Shown here piece after piece: positions 52,276 through 64,000 of a stretch of 64,000 nucleotides of DNA. This DNA is from Octopus sinensis (Eukaryota): NCBI RefSeq assembly GCF_006345805.1, contig NW_021833272.1:41562-105561 (forward strand), given 5' to 3'. The notes under the pieces are model-generated. The model saw only the letters and a list, made by a program, of their open reading frames with translations. It was not told the DNA's origin and did no database searches. A program made the position numbers and the translations under genes. Each line of letters starts with the position of its first letter. Position 1 is the first letter of the stretch.

Positions 52276-52494
52276 ATTTCTAGCAATGTTGGGTCTCGGC
52301 AACCTTAGTCACATTCAGTGACGATTGAAACTTTCCTTTACGATATCGCACTGTGCCTAGCTGTTTATATTAAGATTTTGTATACGCATTAGCATTCCGC
52401 TAAACCATCCATAGATTTTCATGGTAAATATATATATACATATATATATATATGCTGACTGTTAAAGCTGCCCGATGTCTGCCGAGAGACCGGT

Positions 52495-52546
52495 CCTCAC
52501 TGACGAAGCCTTCGGATACAGACGAAACTAAACGGTTAGTCTAAGG
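52495..52546 (+). ncRNA. Type I hammerhead ribozyme, near-intact
   Basis: CCTCA-CTGACGA-A-GCCT tcggatac AGAC-GAAA-CTAA acgg TTAG-TC-TAAGG. The core, stem III and GUC triplet are intact; stems I and II each carry one mismatch. Predicted cleavage is after 52541. Confidence 0.7.
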
Positions 52547-52639
52547 AAATCTCGAGTCGACGGTGGAGCGATTACATCCCGGCTCAGCATGTGTGTGCAT
52601 GTATATACATTTATAGATATATATATCGCTAACCACTAA

Positions 52640-52795
52640 ACCTTTTAATATTTTCTCTCTCTGTTTATTTTCTCGTGTTCCATTCTGTTGAAGAACTTTG
52701 GCTCGCAACGTAAAAGACTTTCTCACTTTCGAGCGTTGAACTAATACATCTGATTGTTGTTTACACACCCATCTTCGTCTTTTGTCTTTTTTGTA

Positions 52796-52800
<5 letters not shown>
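52640..52800 (+). mobile_element. PLE terminal-repeat fragment with decayed minimal hammerhead (52683-52716)
   Basis: ttctgttgaagaactttggctcgcaacgtaaaagactttctcac...tttgtaaattc, followed by (CT)n/(TA)n. Homologous to the reverse complement of 40290-40450. Confidence 0.75.
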
Positions 52801-52877
<77 letters not shown>

Positions 52878-52904
52878 CTTTATATATATGCATATCTATA
52901 TACA

Positions 52905-52939
<35 letters not shown>

Positions 52940-52993
52940 TTATATACATGCATATCTATATACATACATACACCACACACACAATATATATAT

Positions 52994-53042
<49 letters not shown>

Positions 53043-53744
53043 TACTATATATATAGTATATATGTCTCCATTTATGCATGTGATGAGGATACTGCTGTTA
53101 CCTTTTGTACTCCGTCACCGACACTATCCAGCCGACTACATTTTTCAACTATCACCAGCACCACCAGCACCACCAACTCCACTACCAGCACCAGCACTTC
53201 CACCGCCGTCGCCAGTGGTTTAATACAAGGTGCTGGGATTATGCGAATGTTTTCTCTCTAGGGAACGTACTCCCAGCCATAAACTGGCAACATCTACATA
53301 TTTATCCGGTACATCAAAGGAGACTGAACATTCTACTTAGTATACTGACGTGTGTTGTATTAATTTTGCACCGGTTGCATTGTGGTTGTCGGTGTGTGTG
53401 TATGTGTGTGGAGGAGGCTGCAAGTTTTATTATAATGGTCATGTGTTGGTGTTGGTGGTGTTGGTTTTACAGTGCGCGGACGGGTTGATATAGTGAAGAA
53501 GAAGGAGCGAGGGGAGGATGGGCAGAAGTAGGATTCTTAAGGTGACGTAGAACAAGACAAAGTGATGGATTTGAAAAGAGAGAGATGAATTAAGGATGAT
53601 TGATTTAGAAATGTGGTGTTAGGGGAAGAGGGAGAATGGAGAAAGAGAGAGAGAGAGAGAGAGAGGGGGGAAAGAGAGACAGAACGAGAATGAGTTAGAG
53701 AACGGAGCGGAGAGCGAGAGATAGAAACATGGGGTTTGTAAGGA

Positions 53745-54145
53745 AAAGTAATTACGATCATGTGCTTCCCAACCACACGATTCCAGGTTCAGTCCCACCA
53801 CGTGCTACCTTTGACAAGTGTCTTCTACTATAGTCTCGTCCCGACCAAAGCTGATATATATTATATATATATATATATATGTATACATATATATATATGT
53901 GTGTGTGTGTATATATATATATATATGTATGTATATTTATGTGTGTCTTTGTATCTGTGTTCGTCTACGCGCCATTGCTTGCCAACCGATGTCGGTGTGT
54001 TTATGACCCCCTAACTTAGCGATTCGGAGAAAGAGCCGACTGAGTAAGTACTAGGTTTACAAAGAATAAGTCCTAGCGTCGATTTGTTCAATTAATAGTG
54101 GTGCTCCAGCATTGCCGCAATCAAATGATTGAAACGTGGAAAATA
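53745..54145 (+). mobile_element. SINE family B, near full-length
   Basis: ttcccaaccacacgattccaggttcagtcccac...gtggtgctccagcattgccgcaatcaaatgattgaaac. Confidence 0.85.
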
Positions 54146-54168
54146 GTAAAAGAGTAAATACACAAACA

Positions 54169-54202
<34 letters not shown>

Positions 54203-54695
54203 ACACACACACACAAACATCTATATATATAAAACTGAGAATGTGTGTGTTTCTGTCTGTCTGTATGTGTGGATTACTAAAACTCCATAAATATTTCATT
54301 CAAATTTTAGACATGCCTTAATTAGGGTCCATGCAGTGTCATGGGCTAAAAAATTTCAACTTTTTGCTTAATGCGAACCCGGAGCAATCTCTTATTACTT
54401 CCACTATTTTAGTATTACATGTCAAAAGTGAAACAATAACATTTCTATTGTAACGTGAGATACTTTCAATTTTGATACTTCAATATTAATACTGTAGTAT
54501 TTATATCACTTACATATATACATGCATACACACACATACACACATATATGTATAAAACATCTCTCTATCTATCTATCTATCAACAGATAGAAAGAGAGGG
54601 GGTGGTGTGAGAAAAGGAAAGACTGAGATAGAGACAGAATCTGATGTAGCGAGAGGAGGGCGCAAATTAGTGAAAGATCTAATTTGGTAAGGGAA

Positions 54696-54732
<37 letters not shown>

Positions 54733-55155
54733 AAGAGAGAAGGCAGGAGAAAATGAAGAAAATATGGATGAAATTTAAAACGTTGAATTAGAAAATACTT
54801 TAGTGCGTTTGAAGAAATGCTTTGTGGTATCTATTACGAAACCTACGTTTCTGAGTTCAAATCCCACCTGTGTCATCTTAGACGGTATTTTATACTTCTA
54901 GCGTCGAGAAATAAAATCCCAGTGTTGGGATGTGACTTGGCCGATGCTGTAGAGATGCTGTAAGTGTTTTCAACCATTTTATTTATCTATGGCTCCTAGA
55001 TTACTATTTTACTTTGGTGGGTCCCATAGTCCTTCCAAGTTTAAAGACTAGTTTTATCGATACTTCTTTCAAATTCCCATTTTGTTTCTCACACAATACT
55101 TATGTATATTGAACTATTCATTTATTCATCTACTTGTTTCATATATTATATATGT

Positions 55156-55225
<70 letters not shown>

Positions 55226-55260
55226 AATATATATATATATATATATATAATATATAAATA

Positions 55261-55329
<69 letters not shown>

Positions 55330-55392
55330 TACATACATATATATATATTATGTATATGTGTATATATTATATTATACATACTACATATATAT

Positions 55393-55454
<62 letters not shown>

Positions 55455-55817
55455 ATAAATCTCTGAGCGAGGTGTAAACAGTAGCCGTACGACATCGTGA
55501 ATTATATTTGCCACATAAATGAGACTAGCCCTTAAATGTTGATGCTACTGTAGATTGTAGACCCAGGAAGACATTTCCTCCAACTGGCTATTGACACACT
55601 GTCTGTGCCCTACCACTATTTGCAAAGGGAAGTCATCGTTCCCATCTCCAACCTGATATCATGTACATGGACCCGAGTTTGACAACCAGCGGTTGGCGAT
55701 GGGAAGCTATTCTCAATGCAAAGATATATACTTTTTCCAGTGACGAAAAGTCACTGATCGCGAAAAAGTGGAAACAAGCAACAACAGCGATAATAATTAT
55801 ATATTTATATATATGTA

Positions 55818-55975
55818 TGAGGGGCTTCTTTCAGTTTCCATCTACCAAATCCACTCACAAGGTTTTTGGTGGACCTGAGGCTATAGTAGAAGACACTTGT
55901 CCAATGTGCCAGGCAGAGGAACTGAACCCGGAACTATGTAGTTGAGAAGCAAGTTTCTTACCACAAAGTCACTCT
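55818..55975 (-). mobile_element. SINE family B, 5' half
   Basis: ggcttctttcagtttccatctaccaaatccactcacaagg...actgaacccggaactatg. Confidence 0.85.
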
Positions 55976-56397
55976 GTAAAGCGTTAGAGAAAGTAATATG
56001 CTTGTTTCTTGCAATAAACTCATCAACAGTATGATCCTTCCACGGACGCAATATATACATATGTGCGTACCCAATTTTCTATTTTGCTTACGTGGATCCC
56101 CTGAAATCTGATATGGACCCTGGATGAGAGCCATTGCTGAACACATGTTGGATTTTTGTTACGGCTTCTTGAGTTCTTATTTCAAATCCTATCTTAGTCT
56201 ACTCGTGTGTTGCTATGACTGCTTGTTTTAATAGTATCATATGGTCCTTGGGTGCTCATAGTAATCTGGTGTAAGGGTCAAGCTGACGTGTCTGGCTTCA
56301 AAGTAGATACTTTTCTCATGTAGCTGTCGAAGGCCCCGAAAATGGGGCATGAATCCTTCCTTTTCCTCTGATTAATCAACTGCAAAATAAATTGATA

Positions 56398-56675
56398 GGT
56401 GTGGCTGTATGGTTGCGTTACGACCACGTGGCCTCAGGGCCAGTCCCACCGAGTGGATCTTGAGCAGGTGTCTTTTATATAGCCCCAGATCTACCAATGG
56501 CATATGAATGATATTGAAAGGCGAAAACTCCGTGGAGGTCCCTGTTTTTATCTACGCCATTGACCAATCACCGCAACTTAATGGTAAAATAGAACGATAG
56601 ATATAATAACCGACTCTAATCTTCAAGGAGCTGCTGCAGCATGGCGTGGTATCTGCCAAATGATTGAAACGAGTA
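56398..56675 (+). mobile_element. SINE family B, old diverged copy
   Basis: gtggctgtatggttgcgttacgaccacgtggcctcagggccagtccca...gctgctgcagcatggcg...aaatgattgaaac. Confidence 0.65.
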
Positions 56676-58364
56676 AAAAAAAAGGTAAAAGAAGAATTTG
56701 AGATAAATCTGAAAGAGAGGGAGGGGATTTTGAGGTGAGAGAGGGGGATAGAGAGAAGGTGGTGAAATTCTATGAAGGAGAAATTGAAAATGATTACACA
56801 TATGAGGCGTTGATGTGAGGGCTAAGAAATGGATGTGAGACAGATTACTTGGTGGAGTGGACAAGATATATACACGAGGCAAGGTATTTAGGAGAGAGAA
56901 AAATGGAGAAAGAGAAAGAGGGAAAGAAAATGCGAGTCAAAGAGAGAGTTTCTACTAATCTATATATAATTTCTTTCTAAAGTTAGTGGAAATCTGGAAA
57001 TATCTTTTATACATTAAGAGATAGTAACACCAGATCTTTAGCGGGTCATTGATCTTTTATCACGTACTTTTATGACTAAAATAGGAAAGGAATTCTGTAT
57101 ATGACGACTATATATAGTAGCTATTTACAATAAAACAGATTATTGTGAACCTTTGATTGGTTTCAGCTCATAACCTTAACAAAATACCACACGAGGATTA
57201 CTGTTTAGCAGCTTAGCAGCTTCCTACATCTTGGAGAAACTAAAAGGTATATTTTAAGGAATGCAATTTGAAAATCATCATTCTAAAAACTGCTAACACT
57301 TTGCATATTATAACAGATCTGACTGCTAGCAAACTGAGCTATGTAAAAGACAATAACAAATATACATAAATAAATATTTTAACTGCTATAAAGAACATTG
57401 AAGATAGGCTGACTAGGAAAATTACAAACTTATTATCTGGTAAAAGTATTTCAGAATGCGCACTCAACTATTGCAAAGGCGTGCTATAAAGGTGAAACAT
57501 CAGAGAGTAAACATTACACAGAATGTACAGCTCTACAAGTGATCAGGCCCAGAAAAATATATAAAGTTCCATTAATTTGCAGTATAAAAGTAACCAACAG
57601 TTTAGTTAAGAATTCCATTTTACTGTGAAATAAACGTTTTATTATTACACATGAATAATGCAAGCTTTTTAAGAAGCAGTATATCAAAAGTAGCAACATT
57701 TGCCTGGATAGCAATGCTTCGCAGATCTCCGATCACATTCTAAGATACACTAGAATTTCCAGCCTCAAAGGTTTTGTCTCTATAAAGCAGTGGAATTAAA
57801 TGAGTACTTACGGAGCATAACATCAGTACAACCGACAAGTATATTGAATTAGATCTTTATATAGAACTCCAATATCACCGAACAGTGTAGACACAAATAT
57901 ATCGTACACCAAATATATATGCATACGCACTTTGTGTAGGTCGGAGAAACCTCATATACTGAAACAGCCATACTGAGCATTCAGCAGGATGTTAAATTTT
58001 TTTTTAATTTGTGAAGACTCAGATAAAGTAGCCTCCATTTCCTTAAGGATTTCGGATTAGTATCCTACAAGTTTTCTCCAGCATTTATGAATCTATTCAG
58101 AACGATTTGATTTTCTGTCAACGGAGAGGCAAACCTGCTGATTAACGCTGGCATCAACTTTTTGCCAACGAGACAAAATATAAGATGACTGCCACCGCTC
58201 CGAAAATTGTGTGTGTGTGTACCTATATATATATATATATATAATAATTATATATAATATATTATTGTATAAATTTATATTTATGTATATACATACATAT
58301 ATATCATACTGCACACACACGCATATATATTTATATATATATGTCCAAGTAAAAGAGTAAAAGA

Positions 58365-58670
58365 AACCCTGCTTGCGAAGACCTGTTGATGCTAGTGGGG
58401 CGCTAAGAACATCATACGAACTAACTGGCTTCTGTGAAGGTGGCACGTAAAAAACACTATTTGAGCGCGGCCGTTACCAGTACCGCATGACTGGCCTTCG
58501 TGCCGATGGCACGTAAAAACACCCACTACACTCTCGGAGTGGTTGGCGTTAGGGAGGGCATCCAGCTGTAGAAGCCTGGTGCAGCCATCTGGTTCGCAGT
58601 CCTCAGTCAAATCGTCCAACCCATGCCAGTATGGAAAGCGGACATCAAACGATGATGATGATGATGATGT
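58365..58670 (+). mobile_element. SINE with RTE-like 3' end and (GAT)n tail
   Basis: ggcgttagggagggcatccagctgtagaa...gtccaacccatgccagtatggaaagcggacatcaaacgatgatgatg; the ending resembles RTE-mobilised 3' ends. Confidence 0.65.
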
Positions 58671-58681
58671 TTATATTATAT

Positions 58682-58726
<45 letters not shown>

Positions 58727-59916
58727 TACCACACACATGCACACATGCACACACGCACATATATATATATACACATATATTGATATATATGCACATATAC
58801 CTGTCTTACTACACACACACACACACATACACATACATATGTACACGTGTACTTATCGAAATACATTTACCTCACATGCACACATATATATATATATGTA
58901 TTCACTGTCCATATTGAATTAATAATCGATGTTGTATATACGGAGAACATTTCTCATGCTTATTCACCCTGATGCTTTTGTATATATAAAGGTTTCTGTG
59001 CATGCAATACTTGGAAATATTTCACGCTTTCCTAGCTGAAATGACAGAAAAACCCCCCAACAAAATGGCGTATTACAAGGTGTCACACTTTTTCTACATT
59101 TGGTGATCATCACAATAAAGAGACAATGTTATGAATCTTATTACTTCATACCCCGAACGCGTTCAGCAGAGGATGGGAGCATAAAATGAGTCTAAATGGA
59201 AAAATATTAATATCATAACGCTTGAATCATTCATTCCAATATGAGAAGCAGCTGAAAGACCTTTTCGAAACCATCGTATCATATAACCTAATTCAAGAAA
59301 GTGTAGGCTTGGAAGGTAAATGATGTAATCAATGCTGGTATTGTGTGAATTCAGGTTGAAGTTGACGTTGGAAGCACGGATGGAAAGTGATATATGATTT
59401 AAAGAAGAAAATATAAAGAACTAAATAAACATTGCAAATATATTGCTATTTATTTTTATTTCTGTGGTTTTTTTCGCCCACCTATCATCGGTATTGCTTG
59501 ATATTTCATGGCCCAGAGACGAGATAAAACGTCACGCCAAAACTTAGGACCGTTCGTAAGTGTTAACCAATATTGAAACTTAAGACCATACAAAGGTATG
59601 CGCAGATTTTGAAAAACATTGCGTTTGTGAATGTATACCTGCAAATAAATACATGTGTATGTGTTCACACCTACACGTGTAATAAAGCGTGGTCTACGTA
59701 GCCGCATTCACTCAGGTTAATGTATATGTATGTACACACACACACGCACACACATGTCTGCTCAGACACACACATATATGTATGCACACGTACCCCTGTA
59801 AATATATATATATATATCTATATATATATACATAAATATATGTATTTATATATATATACACAAATGTATACATATAAATATATGTATTTACACACATATT
59901 TACATATATATGTATG

Positions 59917-59960
<44 letters not shown>

Positions 59961-59986
59961 CATACATACATACATACATACATACA

Positions 59987-60018
<32 letters not shown>

Positions 60019-60375
60019 CACGAATACAGGTAGAGAGACACACACACTAGCTTGAAGCTAAATGATTTACGAAAGATCTCTCGTTTCATCTTACCAATAG
60101 TCGAAATAATTATCCTGACGATCGTTGAGATGAAACGACGGATCTCTTGTAAATAATTTACCTTTCAGCTAATTTAAAAAGAAAAATTACATCATGCTCT
60201 ACATCGCTAAAAACTGATGTTGAGTATTATAATTTTTGTTTCTTCCACATCTTTGGCAATTTCGATTATTTGTTCAAAAGAATAAACACAATTTCATGTA
60301 TACAGACTCATAAACACACGTATGCATCTTTATCAATACTTCTATGTACGTACGTATGCATGTAAGTATGTATGC

Positions 60376-60416
<41 letters not shown>

Positions 60417-60422
60417 ATATAT

Positions 60423-60460
<38 letters not shown>

Positions 60461-60717
60461 CATATATACATATATACATATATACATATTACACATTCGT
60501 ATCTATCTATATCCTATGTATATAGAGATAAGCATATACATATATATTTTTGTGTGTATATATATTATATATGTATATATACATACATACATATGTCTGT
60601 GTGTACGTGCGTCCATGTGTGTGTTTATACACGATTAAGGATGAAATAAAAATAACGATCTTATCAGTGGCCAGCATGTAATAAAAACCATATAGGTACG
60701 AATTAATATAGATATAA

Positions 60718-60905
60718 ATTATGTAGATATATTCATACTTAATGGTAGTGAGAAACAGCACCTATACGCCAGAAATGGACATCAAATGACTTCAGAACAA
60801 CATGGAGGGTAAAAGAATGTTGTGCCTTTAAAGTCATTTGATGTCTATTTCTAGCTTGTAGGTGCTCATTCTCACTACCATTAATAATAAATAAATCTAC
60901 ATAAT
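60718..60905. repeat. Inverted repeat: 53-bp core arms 60740-60792 and 60831-60883 with weaker outer extensions
   Basis: taatggtagtgagaa..agcaccta...gacatcaaatgactt against aagtcatttgatgtc...taggtgct..ttctcactaccatta shows 6 mismatches in 53 positions. Confidence 0.9.
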
Positions 60906-61479
60906 TATATACATACATACACACACACATATATGTATACACACACACACACCACACATATATATCTTCATTCATTTAACTATTAATTCATATGCTACAG
61001 AATACACGTGCGTTCACGATAAACGTAATTTGAAAGAAATAAACTGAAATTGGTATTTAATAATGTGACCAAATATAGATATTTTGTAAGAAGAAAATTG
61101 AAATTATTTTATTGAAAATTACTTGAAAGATTGGTTTCATACAAAATTAAATATGAGTGTAAGATTTGGAAACTTTTAATCATTTTTTGAAATTTAAACC
61201 ATGAAAAAATCCATTTAATATTGATGTAATCAATTATTATTTTATTAAAGTACCTTTGAGGCCGCGACCCGAAAATGACAACGTTTCGCACATATATTAT
61301 AACTCTTTCATATTCACCGTTTAGAAGGTAGAATGTCAGAGCTTATTCGTGGAGTTTACTGCACAGAATTTCCTTACTCTGGGTCATATGTCAATGATAG
61401 TATAGATATAATACTAAAAATACTTTCGACCATCGCTAGTCACAATAATGAATTGCATTGTTGCAACTCCTGTGAACGG

Positions 61480-61800
61480 TCAACTTGTTAAGTTGGGGAA
61501 TGCTGCCAAAATCTTTGCCTTCAGTTCATCTTTTCCCCAACTGCGCTCCATAATAATCACTCCTCCAACGACGTTCCACACATGGTAATCTAGGGAATTG
61601 CAATCTGAAGAACTAGGTGACCAGATGTGGTCGCAGAAACTGTCTTATAGCCATGATTGGGTACTCCTGATTGTGTGGTATGGTGCAGAGTTCTGTTGCC
61701 AGAGATAGGGTCTTCCATCAGCAACCCCCTTGTTCCAACGCAGCATTACCTCCACCAGGTACTTGATGTAAGTCTTCGTGTTGAATGTGGAGTGCTGAGC
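61480..61800 (-). mobile_element. Second maT-type Tc1/mariner transposase fragment
   Basis: Minus strand reads TKTYIKYLVEVMLRWNKGVADGRPYLWQQNSAPYHT...QSWL*DSFCDHIWSPSSSDCNSLDYHVW, similar to the 38753-40071 transposase. Confidence 0.85.
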
Positions 61801-61934
61801 CACTGGCGCATTAATTTCACGAGCTTGGTATTCTGTTGATCGGATCAACTGGAGTCCTTGTCGTCGTATCCGACGGAGTGCCAGTATATATATATATCTG
61901 GAAGTATAATATATGACAATTATTCGATAGCCAT

Positions 61935-61993
61935 GATAAGACTCCGAGTTTCGGATGTCGGGTGAAATCCAGTCTGGTATCTCTTCAGTTATC
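61935..61993 (-). ncRNA. Type I hammerhead ribozyme motif
   Basis: Reverse complement GATAA-CTGAAGA-GAT accagactggatttcacccgac ATC C-GAAA-CTC g GAG-TC-TTATC. Stem I is perfect, the core and GUC are canonical, stem II has a bulged C, and stem III has a 1-nt loop. Confidence 0.6.
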
Positions 61994-63173
61994 GGGCCAT
62001 CGAAATAATGCTATGAAAATGACCGTTAAAACAAAGGGAAATTACTGTGTGATAGACCGTTATTAAGACAAAAGAGCTATTAGAACAACCGCTGAGTACG
62101 GGTAGTTTTACCATGGCTACCAAATAATTGTCACACATATTTACAGATAAATTCTTCTATTTATATAAATATCGAGTTCTCTTTTATTTTTTTTGTTTTG
62201 CCATTTCTATCAATATACACACACACCACACACACACACCAACACAACACACACACACAACATATATATATATAGATATATATATATATATATTATTAAT
62301 TTAGAGTATCAAACAGATACGACCACGCTGGAAATAGCAGCCAAATCTGACTCTAAAACCACATTAAATGTTCATTCGATATTTAATTAACGATCTTATC
62401 CTTGTCTTTCTATCTATATATAATATATATAATAATACATACATACATTCATATATGTAATATAATATATATATATATATTATATATATATATATATATA
62501 TAATGATATAATATATGTATAACATATATGTTTATTATATATATATATATACATATATGCATGTGTATATACGTATGTATGCATGTGTGCGTATATATAT
62601 ATATGTGTGTGTGTGTGTGAGTATGTGTGTACGTTTGTCTGTGACTTTATGGAAATATAACAACCAGGTGAATACCGTGGTGGCTCTCAGTCATGTTCTA
62701 TGTTAAGGCTAACCGCATCGATTAGTATTTAACGTCTATGACTACTATGAGCCATTTTCTCACACTGTAATTTCAATCGATGGGTAATTCTGTGTTCGCT
62801 TCTCTGGATGGTAGTATTATATGGAGTGTATATTTGCAATATTTATATCGATATAGCGTATAAAGACTTGTTCATCCACCAAGTTTATTTCCTTTCATTT
62901 TACAATTTCATACAGCATGTTTTTATGCCTATTACGACTTACACGCGTTTCCACTGTGCAGATTATTGACAGTGGCACCCGCAACCGGGCATAATTGTCA
63001 CAATTATATATATATATATATATATATATAAGGCACAAATTCTTGTGTGAGAGAAGATATATAATACTCTATCTGATCACAGCTGTTTCAAACTTATTCA
63101 CACAGCATCACACTCTACCCTGTATATATAGAGAGAGACATAGATGCATTTATATGTATTATATACATGATGA

Positions 63174-63233
<60 letters not shown>

Positions 63234-63714
63234 GAGAGAGAGAGAGAGAGAGAATTTATGGATAAGTATCTGTTGAATCATTATACACAATTCTTAAATA
63301 AGTGATGAAGTAGGCTTTACTTACCAGGAAAACGTTTTATTCGTCCATATACTCATGCGTATCCATCCGTAATTATAAACATCAATGTCATAAAACATAT
63401 CTCTGTGCATATACATATAGGTATATTTTAACAGATATACACATGTATTTATGTCTAAATATATATATGAGTTCCAATAATTTGTGTAATTCAGTTGAAG
63501 TTTAAGATCTGTTCAGTATTTTGGGGTTTTAAAAATATTTTCGTTCAGGCTGCACCAATAATCTGAAAAGATAAAAAAAAAACGGATACTACTTAAAACT
63601 AGATAAATATAGATTTTGTATATTATATAAGAATGTACGTGTTTTGCGTTTAAATACACCCGAATAAGTATATTGTTCGCAAACTTGGGCACAAGGCAAG
63701 CAGGTTCGGGAAAT

Positions 63715-63840
63715 CATTTTATCGATCCAGAAAAAAAAGATACAGCAAAGTCTACCTCAGCGTAATTTCATAAAGACGGACGAAATGCCGCTAAGCATTT
63801 TAGCTAGCTTCCTAATAATTCAGCCTGCTCGCCGCCTTGC
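63715..63840 (-). mobile_element. SINE family A copy (diverged)
   Basis: gacggacgaaatgccgctaagcattttagctagc...cctgctcgccgcc. Confidence 0.7.
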
Positions 63841-63856
63841 CTAAATAGATATATTA

Positions 63857-64000
63857 GTGGCTGTGTGGTGAGAGTTTTGATTCCCAACCACATGGGTCCG
63901 ATTCAGTCCCACTTCGGGGAAACTTGGACAAGGGTCTTCTACTATAGCCTCGAGTCAACCAAAGACTTGCGAGTGGATTTGGAAGACGGAAACTGAAAGA
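63857..64000 (+). mobile_element. SINE family B, 5' half running off the window
   Basis: gtggctgtgtggtgagagttttgattcccaaccacatgggtccgattcagtcccact...gacggaaactgaaaga. Confidence 0.85.

Noticed and set aside
57950-58205. Interrupted minus-strand reading frame (LMPALISRFASPLTENQIVLNRFINAG...)
   Set aside because: Contains stops and no motif that I can assign to a family.
62681-62754. Imperfect hairpin
   Set aside because: Made of short helices separated by large internal loops; plausible by chance in AT-rich DNA.

Overview
Eukaryotic, repeat-saturated intergenic or intronic DNA. No complete protein-coding gene, rRNA, tRNA gene or CRISPR array can be supported. A large share of the window is di-, tri- and tetranucleotide microsatellite, and this accounts for nearly all ORFs in the supplied track. 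The repeat content resembles an octopod cephalopod genome (inferred from recognising the repeat types; no database search was run). Identifiable elements: many copies of two tRNA-derived SINE families; an RTE-tailed SINE; four remnants of an L1/Tx1-type LINE; an R4/Dong-type endonuclease fragment and a ~550-bp non-autonomous element, both inserted in (TAA)n; Penelope-like (PLE) RT, GIY-YIG and terminal-repeat fragments; a TIR-bounded DD37D (maT) transposon; an internally deleted mariner; a hAT MITE with a perfect 8-bp TSD; and a Helentron/HINE-like element. The most interesting signals are at RNA-structure level. There are seven hammerhead-ribozyme folds, four of which share a non-canonical CUGUKGAA core, and four long inverted repeats or hairpins (arms ~27-190 bp). 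There is also orientation-specific nesting of retroelements in (TAA)n and a SINE-head/TAA-element chimera. A few isolated candidate exons are reported at low confidence. Boundaries of decayed repeats are approximate.
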